This document shows positions 1 to 13,135 of a stretch of 64,000 nt of DNA, piece after piece. The notes under the pieces are model-generated. The model searched no databases and had not been told where the DNA came from. It worked only from the letters and a program-made list of their open reading frames with translations. Origin of the DNA: Octopus sinensis (lineage: Eukaryota); NCBI RefSeq assembly GCF_006345805.1, contig NC_043001.1:12834001-12898000 (forward strand), in the 5' to 3' direction. Every line of letters starts with the position of its first letter. Within the stretch, counting starts at the first letter, position 1. The translations under genes and the position numbers were made by a program.

Positions 1-753
1 TTTTCTCGGACGAGTCATATTTACATTATTTCCGACCACCAGCCGGGTATACGTGTAGAGACAGCCAAAAGAATCATCAGGGCAATTACCCCGCTAGGAC
101 AGTTACCCGCTTCCATAGGATAATTCCCCCCAACGACAACTACCCCTTAGGACAATTACCTTCCTCGGTTAGTTAACCCCTCTCCAATATATTAAGAAAT
201 TTGTCCTTGGTGGGGAGTGACTCGGCTATATATATGTGTGTGTGCGTTAAACATGGAGGAGGATCTGCAGGGATATATCTTGGAAAACTGCCGGCCCAAT
301 GGTTTCCCGTCATGGCAGAATTAATAACCAAGAACATTTAAGCATTTTATCTGATCAAATTCATCCTATGGTTGCGTAACTGTTTCCGGAGGGAAGCTCA
401 ATTTTCCAGAATGGTAATGCACCAATTCACACAGCTAAAGTTGCTACTGAATGACACGAGGAACATTCTAGTGAAGTTAAACATCTCATCTGGACACTAC
501 ATTTCCAGGGTCTCAATATTATTAAACATTTATGATGCGTTTAGAAAAACAAGTCAGGATTCGATCCCTCCACCATCATCACTACAAGAACGGGAGACCG
601 ATTTAACTGAAGAATGGACAAACATTCAAACCTTATACGAGTCCATATCTCGTAGAATTGAAGGTGTAATTTCTGCCAAAGGCTGTCCTACCCCATATTA
701 AAATAGATTCGTTTGAAATTTTAAGGTGTTTGTATTATTTTGTCCAACCCCTG
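1..753 (+). mobile_element. Tc1-like DNA transposon, degenerate 3' part (runs off window start)
   Basis: Translates to FSDESY, VKHGGGS and the C-terminus TLYESISRRIEGVISAKGCPTPY*. Ends ...TTTGTCCAACCCCTG followed by TA (754-755). Same family as the copy at 49334-50557. Confidence 0.9.
74..245. repeat. Insertion inside the Tc1 ORF with five degenerate GGACAATTACCCC-like units
   Basis: Interrupts the transposase between RQPKE and VKHGGG and is absent from the 49 kb copy. Units at about 80, 97, 118, 134 and 150. Confidence 0.5.
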
Positions 754-860
754 TATGTATGTATGTATAATGAATGGTACTAGAGGAAACACCGGCATGC
801 TGAAATGCTAAGCTGCTGCTGATGTTGCTGTTGACAATATCTTTATATATATATATATAT

Positions 861-926
861 GGTTCCGACTGAACCCGGAACCATGTGGTTGGTAAGCAAG
901 CTACTTACCACACAGCCACTCCTGCG
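861..926 (-). mobile_element. SINE family A, inverted 5' head only
   Basis: Reverse complement reads CGCAGGAGTGGCTGTGTGGTAAGTAGCTTGCTTACCAACCACATGGTTCCGGGTTCAGTC; bounded by (TA)n on both sides. Confidence 0.85.
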
Positions 927-930
927 ACTA

Positions 931-977
<47 letters not shown>

Positions 978-988
978 TATATATTATA

Positions 989-1044
<56 letters not shown>

Positions 1045-1052
1045 TATATACG

Positions 1053-1420
1053 AACCACATGGTTCCGGGTTCAGTCCCAATGCGTGGCATCTTGGGCGAA
1101 TGTCTTCTAGTATAGCCTCGGGCCGACCAAAGCCTTGTGAGTGGATTCGGTAAACGGAAACTGAAAGAAGCCCGTCGTATGTATGTATATATATATATAT
1201 ATATAGGTATGTGTGTGTATATCTTAGTGTGTCTGTTTTTGCCCCCCCCCCAACATCGCTTGACAACCAATGCTGGTGTATTTACGTCCCCGTAACTTAG
1301 CGGTTGGGCAAAAGGGACCGATAGAATAAGTACTGGGCTTAGAAAGTCGATTTGCTTTACTAAAGGCGGTGCTCCAGCATGGCCGCAGTCAAATGACTGA
1401 AACAAGTAAAAGAGAAAGAG
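1053..1420 (+). mobile_element. SINE family A body (tRNA-type B-box GGTTCAGTCCC, internal microsatellite, CR1-like tail)
   Basis: Matches the other family A copies in the window from AACCACATGGTTCC to GACTGAAACAAGTAAAAGAG. Confidence 0.9.
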
Positions 1421-1431
1421 AAATAAATATA

Positions 1432-1480
<49 letters not shown>

Positions 1481-1833
1481 CACACAGACACAGATGTTTA
1501 TGAATCATAGTTGAAAATTGAAATGATACGTTGTCATTTCCTGTAAGTGGCTGTTCATGGTATGCTACATGTTAGAATTTGTGTTGGGTTAGCTTCTGTT
1601 AAGCACTACATGAACAATATCTATTCGCCGCCCCAAAAAAGGCAACCGCTGTATACGCTAAATCGTAATATGTTTCTTCAGCTGCACAGGGCCAAGATAT
1701 TAAAACCACGCAGTGAATGATTCACGTGTAATGACAAACCTGTATTATATGCTTAGTTGTCATCTCATCTGATTTGTCTAATTAGCTGTAAACCAAGAGC
1801 TTTCCAATGAGTTTATCGTATTTGTAAGGAAGC

Positions 1834-1881
1834 ATGACACCAGAACAAAGCCAACTATCTCGTCAAGCCGCTGCACTAACA
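1834..1881 (+). CDS. Speculative short first coding exon (MTPEQSQLSRQAAALT, phase-0 donor)
   Basis: ATG at 1834, 16 open codons, then ACA|GTAAGT consensus donor. No homology recognised; could be chance. Confidence 0.15.
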
Positions 1882-2165
1882 GTAAGTAATAACCTGAAAA
1901 TATATTTTCTTTGTTTGCTTGTCGTATTTGCGTCTTGTACAGCTACTTAACACTTTTCCTAGCGAAAACAGAGCCATTATAATTCACCTAGCGAGGTTCC
2001 TGCATTTCACAAGCAGCTGTTAGGAACAAAAACCTGTGGTAAAATATCATTTTAACGTTAATTCCATTCACGTCTCTGTATTTCTATCCGAACCTCGATG
2101 TTTCTGTCGTCATGTAGATTTCAATCGCCTTACATAAACACGCATGTTGAGATGGCAATAGCTTC

Positions 2166-2182
2166 TATACATACATACATAC

Positions 2183-2266
<84 letters not shown>

Positions 2267-2298
2267 ATGTGTGTGTGTCTGCATTGTGTGGATGAATG

Positions 2299-2355
<57 letters not shown>

Positions 2356-2538
2356 ATGTGTGTGTGTCTGCATTTGTGTGTAGATGAATGTATGTATATA
2401 TATATACATATATATATCTGTGTGTGTGTGCGTGTATGTATGTGTGTTTTTGTCTGCATTTGTGTGTGGATGGATGAATGTGTATATATATATATATAAT
2501 ATATATATATATATATGTATGTATATATATATATATAT
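2166..2538. repeat. Compound (TA)n/(TG)n higher-order minisatellite
   Basis: Three copies of GTGTGTCTGCATT(T)GTGTG..GATGAATGT separated by variable (TA)n tracts. Confidence 0.8.
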
Positions 2539-2541
2539 CGT

Positions 2542-2884
2542 GGCACTCCGCCGGTTACGACGATGAGGTTTCCAGTCGATCCGATCAAATAAGCAGCTTG
2601 GTCGTCAAATTAATGTGCAAGTGGCTGAGCACTCCACAGACACGTGTACCCTTAACGTAGTTCTCGGGGCGATTCAGCGTGACACAGAATGTGGCAATGG
2701 TGGCCCTTTGAAATACAGAAAGCGGAAGGAAGAATAAAAGAAAGTTGTGGTGAAAGAATGGCTCGCCACCATCCCCTAACAAAGCTTTGTGGCGCTTCGT
2801 GGAGCTTCAGGTGTTTTCGATCAATAAACACGCACAAAGCCGTGTCGGGGAATCGAAACTGCGATCGTATGACATCAAGCCCGC
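2542..2884 (-). mobile_element. SINE family C (tail type 1), diverged and 5'-truncated
   Basis: Homologous to the full copy at 33389-33766 (GCACTCCG.CGGTTACGACGA...CCCTTAACGTAGTTCTCGGGG). Confidence 0.8.
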
Positions 2885-2905
2885 TTATATATGTATATAT
2901 ATATG

Positions 2906-2952
<47 letters not shown>

Positions 2953-2969
2953 GTATATATATATGTATG

Positions 2970-3000
<31 letters not shown>

Positions 3001-3043
3001 ATATATATATGTTTATATATATGTATATATATATATATGTATG

Positions 3044-3078
<35 letters not shown>

Positions 3079-3109
3079 GTATATATACACACATACATGC
3101 ATACATATA

Positions 3110-4240
3110 CAAGTCAATTAGATTATGGTTAACAGACAGCAGCTTGCCCGATATAGCTGCCCTCAACTTCTACCACGGACCCAGCACGCCTCCGTGACGG
3201 ATGCATACATCCATCACAGTTTCCCTGAGAAGATCTTTGGAAATTCCCTCGATTTTAGCCACCGGCGCGGCCACTGTCTTACAGACAGAACGGATTATAT
3301 CTTTCTAAGCGGCGCCATTACTGGGGCTGTTGATGTCGTAGAAATTCCTACAATCATTTCTTACTCGTTCCGGAGTTATGACGAGGAACTGAATCCTGGT
3401 ACTACCGTCTCCAGTGAATGTTTGACCAATCTTCAGCTGTTTTACATAGTCCTGTTCGAAAATCCGGTTTGGTATGACGTCATCGTCACTGGAGATATCC
3501 GGCAATGACCACCACTGTTTAGGCGAATTTTAAAAAATTTTAGATCAATGGAAACGTATAACATGGATTACAATCCACATAAGCAAGCCATCTGTTGTTC
3601 AGGGTGTTGTGCACCTGGCCCTATAAGAACTTCTTTTCATTTAAAAGGACCCAAGTAACCCCCTGCTCTAATAGATGCCCCAGCTTGTCCATGAGCTTCT
3701 GTATTTTGTCAAGCATCTCCCTTTAATCTTATCCTTCAGAAATAGTCTCTTGCAGCACTTGAACCCGTGGTAGCACAGATTCTCATTGAAAGACAGCATC
3801 ATGATTGTGACTCCAACATCCGTTTCTCTCGCTAAAACCAAGACCCGCTTGCTCGGATTTCCCATCAACTTGTCCTGTAGTTGTTGGATGAATAGAGGCA
3901 TGTGGTAGCCGACAGAACAATTGCCGCGACTCTTCTTTTAGGCCACAAAATCGTGAACTCCATTGCAGTTGTCCAAGGCTCATCTTACAGCCCTTACAGA
4001 GTTCACACTGTTCACACAGTATTGAAATACCTTCATGATGTCAATATATTCCTGGCACAGGTAACACATTTCTCCAATGATCAGGTAATTCCCAGTCCTC
4101 CATGTCTGCCAACCTTTCCTTCAGCTACATCTCTCACCTTCATGCACTGCAACAGTGTGTAGTGGTTATCAAAACATCATACCCTTCCCGAAGAAGGGGA
4201 CATAAAAAAATTGTCAAATTTAGCCAGATCCCCTACCCTG
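3110..4240 (-). mobile_element. Tc1/mariner-superfamily (maT/DD37D-like) transposon relic
   Basis: One candidate TIR CAGGGTAGGGGATCTGGCTAAATTTGAC ending at 4240; transposase motifs across the interval; second TIR not found. Confidence 0.75.
3144..4103 (-). pseudogene. Degenerate maT-like transposase
   Basis: Frameshifted pieces: MEDWELP, FIQQLQDKLMGNPSK..LARETDVG, NEKKF (D1 region), QVHNTLNNRWLA, ISSDDDVIP..IFEQ, QDSVPRHNS (D2), VVEVEGSYI at the C-terminus. D2-D3 spacing cannot be measured because of indels. Confidence 0.8.
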
Positions 4241-6325
4241 AATATACCGATACTATTTGTCATGAAATGTAACGTGATTATATTTGAAAGTAAAATCTTA
4301 TCTCGGTTTATAAATCGATCAATCTTTATATCTGCGGCTGATAAGAACATTTAAATCATCATAGCTTGCAATATTCCTGACACAAAATACATAATTTAGT
4401 GATACTTTTGTTTATGTCTCTCAATATAAAAAAAAAAACAGAAATCATAATTCGTTTACTGTTTGTCGGGTGATACGAAAATTCTCACATACTAATCTTC
4501 CTGCACTCCTAGTAAAGTGCAATTATATAATGTTTTATTTTATCGGCGTCTATCAATTACGAATGTCTATGAAAATAGTTTTCATTTAGTATTTAACTGC
4601 CTACCGACTATACAGACACATATTGCCAACATTTTCTTTACAAATCTAAGATATAATTCAAAACTAGAAATGGTCATAAAAATAGACGGCGATGCTCAAT
4701 TGCACACATAATCCACGTTATTATTTTTTTTGGTTTCATATTGTGTATACGTTAACAAAATAAGGAAGAAAGGAAAAATACATCGGGTTTCCAGCGGTAT
4801 TATTACAACCATATAAGATGTTGCCTGTGGCACCAAAATTATTTGTTGGTGTCTCGGAAATTACCCGGTTAATATACGCTTGTTATAGTATGTCGTGCAC
4901 TTTTAGAAAATGATACAGAATCAAGGTATAATTGTATTTCTACGAAAACGATCGATTTATCGTTGTTGTTGCTGTTCTTGTTCAGTTCAAGACGGATTTG
5001 AGCAAAATTATTGTCAAAGTTGTTCCATTCAGAGCCATTTAATATATTTCATTTTTCTTCACTGGAACGATACTTGATACTAGTTGATATGTGCTACGGT
5101 TAAACGACATTTAAAATCGTTTATAATTTCCAATCGTTTATAATTTCCAAAAGCAAATTCAACATTAATGATAGAGAATAAAAAAGGATACTGGTGCGGG
5201 GATTTATCCTACATTTTACAGAGGAACTTTAATCGTAACTAACAGAAAGAAAATCAATTACATTAGCTATATGGATACCCCATTACTGTCTTAGTAACTC
5301 CCCTATATCCAAATCAATGATCGTGGAAAGTGTGGCACGCTTTTTCAGTCGTAGAGTGTATTTGGGTGAAACGAAACACTTTAGGTTTATATTAACCCAC
5401 GTCGATATCACAAAAAAGGACTGTAAAACCATTACGTACTCGTCTACAAGGCCAAGCAAAAGACTTCAAATATTAATCGATTCTCACGTAACCCAACATA
5501 TTGTAGAGTGGTCAATATCATCCTAGTAATACAAAGTGAGGTTACAAGGGAAAGAGCGATGATCATGTGATTTCATGATGAAATCACTCACATGAATCTC
5601 AAAAACAACGGCATTAACAACAAATTTGCTAATATTTATAAGATTCGATGACCGTTGGCTTCGGGATAATCATCAACCAAATTTAGTTGAGAGACATTTA
5701 TGCGGAGAAACATATTTCGTGCAGCCAGAACCAGTTTCGCTTTGGATGCAATCTTTCAATTTCTTTATTCACCATACGGTTTTACACAAAAGGGACATTA
5801 CAACACATTGGGGACACAAAACATTAAAAAAAATAGTCGTATGATAGGATGGGAAAAAGGGTGATAAATGAGAGGTGAAAGTGATGTTAACTGCCCCATC
5901 AGTCAACATCACTTACTTGTCCTTTTTCCTATTTCACTGCAAAATCCACAAAAATCCCCCAAATCCAACATGTATATTTTCCGGAGTTCATCTCTCTTTT
6001 TCTGCACTAATCTTCCCCTAATCTGCGTGTATACATCACCAAGTTAATTTTTAAGTTCTTTCACTTGCTCTTCCGATAATCCTACTTCCATTTCTTCATC
6101 CCATCTGTCTGGCATTTCTACCTTACCCCAGTCCTTTAACCTTTCATGTAAATGCTCACTGTCTATTATCCCTATACATTATTCTAGAAGCAATCTTTCC
6201 ATCATTCCTACACGTACTTACTTTTGTTATTTATCCACAATCGTTCTACGATGACTACAAAATATATTGTATAAGCAGTTCATTAATTAACTAGGGTAGA
6301 GGAGTGTTTTATTATTATTTTTAAT

Positions 6326-6481
6326 GGAGTTGCTGTGTGGTAAGTAGCTTGCTTACCAACCACATGGTTCCGGGTTCAGTCCCACTGCGTGGCACCTTGG
6401 GCAAGTGTCTTCTACTATAGCCGCGGTCCGACCGAAGCCTTGTGAGTGGATTTGGTAGACGGAAACTGAAAGAAGCCCGTC

Positions 6482-6571
<90 letters not shown>

Positions 6572-6670
6572 TTGTGTATGTCTGTGTTTGTCCCCCCAAC
6601 ATCACTTGACAACTGATGCTGGTGTGTTAACGTCCCCGTTACTTAGGTGTTCGGTAAAAGAGTAAAAGAG
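6326..6670 (+). mobile_element. SINE family A with deletion of the 3' domain
   Basis: Head GGAGTTGCTGTGTGGTAAG; jumps from TTCGGTAAAAGAG directly to the TAAAAGAG tail. Confidence 0.9.
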
Positions 6671-6769
6671 TAAATTACTGACTAAATAAGATCGGTCATA
6701 TTTCGAATGGACTTTTTCCATGTAAATGTAAATGTCCTGACCATTAAACAACTCGCAAATCATCCGTAA

Positions 6770-7010
6770 TTGTATCTCCTCAGTATCCGCTTGCGCAAGA
6801 ATTGTGAAATCGTGCATAAACATTTTAAATAATGACTACGCTTACATGCACATACGAAGATAAATTATTCATTCAATAACTTTGAAATTCACAGTACAAC
6901 TGCTATTAAATATCGAGAAAATTCAGTCACATGTGCTAATTCAAATATTCAACACAAAATTACATCCCGCTTTGTTAACCTCATTTGGTTTTATTAATTA
7001 TATTTATTTA
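6770..7010 (+). repeat. Old diverged direct duplication, copy 1 (copy 2 at about 9210-9450)
   Basis: Shared blocks CGTAAT..TATCT.CTCA, AACATTTTAAATAATGA..ACGCTTACAT.CACAT, TATCGA.AAAATTCA, AATTCAAAT, TTTTATTAATTAT. Confidence 0.65.
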
Positions 7011-7240
7011 TTTACTTTATATACAGTGTATAAAATGCTGAATTATATCATACACAATTAAGGCGGTGAGTTGGCAGAATCGTTAGCGCGTCACCCACTG
7101 GACATATATAACTGATGTTGTCAACCTAAAGAAGAAGAATTCGCTCTCCTAGAAATAGCAGTCAGTTAACACCATAACTCAACATTTTAAAACTAGAATC
7201 GTTTATATAATAATGTTTTCAAATATTGAGACAATACCAA

Positions 7241-7430
7241 GGATCTGTACCTTTTGACCGATAGATTTAAAAAAAATCTTTTGTTACTAAACAGTTTCAA
7301 ACATCGTATACTTGTAGAATGTGTCATATAAAACATATTTTACTTTTAGCGTTGTTGAGAAAATTGAAAGTTATTTCTTGTTAATGTCGTCGTATTTCGG
7401 TAATTTCGACCAATCAATGACGTGTATTCA
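7241..7430. mobile_element. Fragment related to the MITE at 10941-11380
   Basis: GGATCTGTACCTTTTGACCG resembles the TIR; GTATACTTGTAGAATGTGTCATATAAAACA matches the reverse complement of 11281-11312. Confidence 0.55.
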
Positions 7431-7562
7431 GCTGAATAGAATTACTGCTGTTGTTTTCAACAAGAACTTCCGGCAGTGTATTTTGTTTGTTACTGTTATT
7501 TATACATATTTGATCTCTCTCTCACACATCCCTCTCTGTCTTTGTGTATATATATATATATC

Positions 7563-7618
<56 letters not shown>

Positions 7619-7620
7619 AT

Positions 7621-7846
7621 ATTAGGGAATAAATCCAAATTTACAGGGAAAAAAAATCAAATTTAGGATTAAATCCAATTTTATAGTAAAATATTATATA
7701 ATATTAATTAGAGACAAACCACTATTTTGCAAAACAAACAAGGAAAGACTTAATCAAAATAAAATTAATTTTTACTTTTTATTATAATTTTATGTATTGA
7801 TTAAGTCTTTCTTGTTTGTTTTGCAAAATAGTGGTTTTGTCTCTAA

Positions 7847-7860
<14 letters not shown>
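7621..7860. repeat. Asymmetric fold-back element P1 (family shared with P5)
   Basis: About 70 bp unique extension (GGGAATAAATCCAAATTTACAGGG...) followed by inverted arms at about 7695-7771 and 7783-7859; flanked by (TA)n. Confidence 0.85.
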
Positions 7861-7877
<17 letters not shown>

Positions 7878-8523
7878 AAATACACATACACACACACACA
7901 TACATATATATCTATATATATATATATATATACATATATATATAATATATATATAATATATATATCTACGTATGTATGAGAAAATTGATTGTGATAAATA
8001 GTCTATATTTTACCAGCTGCTTTCAATATGCCTCGTGTAAGACTTTCCGTGATACTGTATATGTCTGTAACATGTATCTTCTTTATTTGAAATCTTCCAA
8101 GATTCTGAGATATGACATTTTCGGGCAATATTATTAAGATTTACTTTCACAAAGACAGTAACTGAGTGGTGTATATTCTAGATATGCACTTTGTTCTAGT
8201 GATGTTTCCATGCAATAGTTTTACGATTGAGCATATTTTTATACACACCTATGTTTGTATCTGGGAGACTATTTCTATCTATGTACGTACAGTTTTTCTG
8301 CAGTTATATTTTGTAGCTACTTAATTTATGAATACATATAAAATTACCTATGAGGCGGTAATAACTGGTTGACTGTTTGGATGGATCGCATACATACAGC
8401 TTGTAATTATGATTGATACAACGAACATCTGCATTGAAAACCTGCTATCTGAAAACATATCAAATAGTCATAGCTGTTTACCATTAAGACAATAAAAGTT
8501 TTGCCTTGTCAATCAATATCGGT

Positions 8524-8760
8524 TGTCAATACTGTCAATATTGATTTGCCAATCAATGTTTATCTATTGAGAATTGCAGTGCCCTACAGTTACTGGGATG
8601 CTTACCTATTCTGCAGCAATTTCCCCCGGGTAAATGAGGCGATTGTCAATCAAATGTGGCGATTTGTCTATCAATATTTGTCTATGGAGAATAACAGGGT
8701 CTTACCGATACTGGGACGCTTACCTATTCTGCAGTAATTTCAACCGGGTAAATGTGGCGA
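8524..8760 (+). repeat. Two-unit diverged tandem repeat, period about 118 bp
   Basis: 52-bp block TACTGGGAYGCTTACCTATTCTGCAGYAATTTC..CCGGGTAAATG.GGCGA at 8591-8642 and 8709-8760 with 5 mismatches. Confidence 0.8.
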
Positions 8761-9209
8761 ACTGAAAGAAATCCATTTTTTGTTAGTGCTAGAGAGAGGC
8801 AGTTTCTGATAAGAATAGATTAGGGAAACCTGCGTGTGTCATCTGCCTATGTACCTGTATATCATCTCTTCCTGCAGCGGGTTCAATTTCTACTTAATTA
8901 ATTATATTTATAATAGTTTCCTTCTAATTATTTACCGTACTGTTAATGTAGGATTTCATTTTGATTATAATCATTAAATTATTTAACGCACACTTTTGGG
9001 TCGGATTGTTCTTTGGTGTTGCATCGTTCTTGGCCGTATCTTTCTTTAAGCTGTGAGTTTCAATATTGCCAAGTGAGTTGAATGTGCGTGTGTGCATTTT
9101 AAATTAAAGATTACATAATATTAGTGACATTTTTGGAAAGACATATATCGATTGACTCATTTTTGTAAGACAAAACGCCTTGGACATTAAACACCACCGA
9201 AACCACACG

Positions 9210-9450
9210 TAATGCTATCTTCTCACATTCCACTTACGCAATAATTTGTTAAATCCGCCATGAACATTTTAAATAATGATCACGCTTACATTCACATTCA
9301 AAGACAAATTATTAATCAAATAAGTGTGATGAAATTTATAATACAAATGCAATTTAATATCGAAAAAATTCATTCATATTTGCAAATTCAAATGTCCATC
9401 ACAAAATTATTATATCATACTTTATCTTCATTTCGTTTTTATTAATTATC
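9210..9450 (+). repeat. Old diverged direct duplication, copy 2
   Basis: Homologous to 6770-7010 (see that entry). Confidence 0.65.
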
Positions 9451-10255
9451 AATACTTGTTTCTCATCACAGTCATCATCATCGCGAACCCCATCACCACC
9501 ACCAACAGTAGGAACCCATTATCACCCCCACCATACTCCTTTTCATAATCATTATCAACATCACCAACAATTATCTAATCATCTTCGTATCTTTCACCAT
9601 TATCACTTCATCTCCATGAAAAACGAATTAACAAAACTAAATGATTAGGACGATTAAATAAATACAAATGCTAATATTTAAAACGAACAGCATGATTAAT
9701 AGTAACATTAGTTTAACTAATTTATAAAGTTTTATAGCCATTATTTAAATAATGTAATCGAAATTACTTGCACAAAATAACAAAATTTTATTTCAACTAA
9801 TCAATTAAAGACACCCTACGCTGTAATGATTAAAATAAAACTGTGTACATTTATACGAAACACGTTCCTGTATACAGAAACAGAGCGACTCTTTTGCAGT
9901 GACCAACAGCCTGAGTCGACAATTTCTCCTAATAGATAATGCCTGTGAAGACAATCGGAGCTGAGGTATGAATGGAGTTATCATATTCTTAATGCGTGTA
10001 CTCCTGCTTCATCAACGACAAACATAATTCGTCTTTTGAAGCTCAATTACAGCAGCAGGTCTTTAATGTTAACGACAAATAATAAAATCGCTTCGTGGGA
10101 AATCCTTTGTGAAGCTCGCTGATTAAATTAAGTCTGTTTATATTTATATTTAGTGCGCTGTTTATGTACACACAAGGGTTGAAGTGTTTTCGCTGTCGTT
10201 ACAATCTCTGTGAGAAAAAATCGAACTATGGATGTACTATATCTGTAACGAACTA

Positions 10256-10407
10256 GGCGCGGAAGTGGCTGTGTGGTAAGTAGCTTGCTTACCAACCACA
10301 TGGTTCAGGGTTCAGTCCCAAGTGTCTTCTACTATAGCCTTGAGCCGACCAAAGCCTTGTGAGTGGATTTGGTAGGCAGAAACTGAAAGAAGCCCGTCGT
10401 ATATATG

Positions 10408-10446
<39 letters not shown>

Positions 10447-10674
10447 GTATATGTATATGTATATATATGTTTGTGTGTGTGTATATGTTTGTCCGCCCAA
10501 CATCGCTTGACAACCGATGCTGGTGTGTTTACATCCCCTTAACTTAGCTGTTCGGCAAAAGAGACCGATAGAATAAGTACTAGGCTTGCAAAGAATAAGT
10601 CCTGGGGTTGACTTGCTCGACTTAAGGTGGTGCTCCAGCATGGCCACAGTCACATGACTGAAACAAGTAAGAGA
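10256..10674 (+). mobile_element. SINE family A, near full length
   Basis: Head, internal (TA)n/(TG)n and tail GGTGGTGCTCCAGCATGGCCACAGTCACATGACTGAAAC. Confidence 0.92.
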
Positions 10675-10940
10675 GTACAGGAGAACTATGTCTGGAAATG
10701 GTGTTTCAACGTCTTCACCCCTCGTGATATAAGTATGATTTTTCAAACAGAGTCTATAAGAATAATTTGTCTCCCGAGAAATTTACAGGAGAGACCACTG
10801 ACCTAAACTGTAATCAATTTCTGACGTGTGCTAAACCAATGAATTTAATTCTTGTTTACGTTTACGAACAGCTGTGCTAATGGTTTGTGGATTAGAGGTT
10901 ACATACCTGTAGCTTGGTGGTTCATAACATTGTAGAAATA

Positions 10941-11380
10941 CGGGATATTTACCGTTTGACCGGCAGTTTTTCTAGCGGTGTCATATGAAATTGTCACCTA
11001 TAATTATGACCATAGTATCGATCTATTGCATTTGAATCTATTTTAAGGTTAGGGTTAGAGTTAGGGTTAGGGTTAGGAGTGGGGGAAGAGTATCATTTTT
11101 TTTCTTCAGAAATGTAAATAAACCCAATCTGTTTCTTAAACGAGGGACATATTCATACGGCACATAATGTTTTCACCTCAATAGACGTCATTGATTGGTT
11201 GAAATTGCAGAAATTGAAGAAAAAAGATAACAAATATCTTACAAACTATAGAATTTTCTCAATAAAGCCAAGAGAAAAAGGTGTTTTATAAACACATTCT
11301 ACCAGTATACGAAGTTTAAAAGTGTTTAGTCACGTGGAAATTATTTTTAAAAAACTGCCGGTCAAACCGAAAAGATCTGA
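10941..11380. mobile_element. MITE-like element with about 30-bp TIRs and internal (TTAGGG)-like array
   Basis: TIR core GTTTGACCGGCAGTTTTT at the left end and its reverse complement AAAAACTGCCGGTCAAAC at the right; five TTAGGG-like units at 11049-11078. Confidence 0.75.
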
Positions 11381-11840
11381 AATATGTGTCCTACGGCACA
11401 ATGATTATATTAATGTCACATTTGCTCCGTTTCTTTTCACTAACATCCATAAGAAAGTCGCATTTTCCGAAACCGTTAACGAAGCGAACGCTTTTGATAG
11501 TTACATGAAGGTGTTACGTAGAAATGTACAGAACACCGTTTTAAATTATTCAAATAAGATAAAATTCACTGCAATAAGTATCTCTAATACACGAAACAGA
11601 TACTGAATTATCTTTACAAAAAAAAAGAATTGTCCTTTTTATGGACTTAGTAGCGGCAGTGATATAGGAAAGATAATTTGAACAGATTGTTTTAAGAATT
11701 ACCCGCAGCATTGCTACAAAACCGCCTACGGATTATTTAAGTGACTCTATACATATATATATACTTACATATATACATACATACATATATAAATACATAC
11801 ATACAAACGTCTATACAATACGTCATGCATTTACATTTAC

Positions 11841-11882
<42 letters not shown>

Positions 11883-11917
11883 GTGTGTGCGTGTGTGTGT
11901 CTATATATATATATGTC

Positions 11918-11966
<49 letters not shown>

Positions 11967-12127
11967 TATATATATTGCATATATATACATATACATACGT
12001 ATATGTATATATATGTATCAAATATATATATATGTATATGTATATTAATATATATATATACATATACATGTATATATGTATATCTATATAAATATATATA
12101 CATGTATGTATATAAATATGCATACAT

Positions 12128-12167
<40 letters not shown>

Positions 12168-13135
12168 GTGTATGTGTGTTTGTGTATGTGTTTTGAGTGT
12201 GCATGACTTCACTGACACTGATATTAAGCAATCGCTATGAGATGCTTGGCTTTGGTATTAAACAGGTAATTTATAAATTTCTGCATCAACCTTACAACAA
12301 TTATTTTATCACACTCTAATCATATACACACGGGAATAAACTACTAACGACAAGTGTGTTCGATAAATTAGATATCTCACGTTGGATGGTCTATTCTTTA
12401 CAATTCTAGCCGTTAAATTGGCCATAAAATTACGACAGTCCTTCACTGTCTCAAGACAAAATTGCTTCAAAAGTGTCAATTACAATGGTCCAGTCAACGC
12501 ACCACAATTCAGAACTAAATACGAAGATACCATTTCTCGACATATCCACATTCTACACAATTACCCATAAAAATTGAAGACTATTGATGCAAGGAAATGG
12601 TATCGCATAGAACGGCAGCAAAATAACTAGACAGTAGACATTACATAGAGCAAAAGACAAGGGTTTTATGACGCGCGTTCATCTGAGGGACGTAATTTAA
12701 ATTTCCACTGTAACGTTTATACGAATCACATTAGATATAGTTAATAAGAAAAGCAACAAGCTGGAGATTACTTCACTGGGGAGAGTATTAGGTTATAGAT
12801 ATTATAAGTTAGAGTTAAGCATTTGCCACATTGCAGTAAATCAAACAGAGACTTCTGCGGTAACACGAAATATATTGCAAAATGAGTGGCGCAGTCAACG
12901 CAAATTGTTTAAATCATTTGTATTGAATAGAAACATATATAAAGAAACACGCACACTCACGCCACTTAAATACGTACACAGGAACATATGTCCCATTTAA
13001 ATCTCTTGTCTCTGTTAATCATTCACACACACAAACACACACACACATGCACGATGAATTCCGACGAGTTATAAAATACTTCGCCTTCATCAGTGGAAAT
13101 ATACCAAGATTAGAATACAATTTCAAATACATGTA

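Noticed and set aside
372-701. 109-aa ORF as a gene
   Set aside because: Frameshift chimera of a decayed Tc1 transposase; only the C-terminal part is in the true frame.
5970-6250. Purine-rich minus-strand ORF fragment (HERLKDWGKVEMPDRW)
   Set aside because: Short, interrupted by stops, and not assignable to any family I recognise.
11049-11078. True telomere or chromosome end
   Set aside because: Only five imperfect units, internal to a TIR element.
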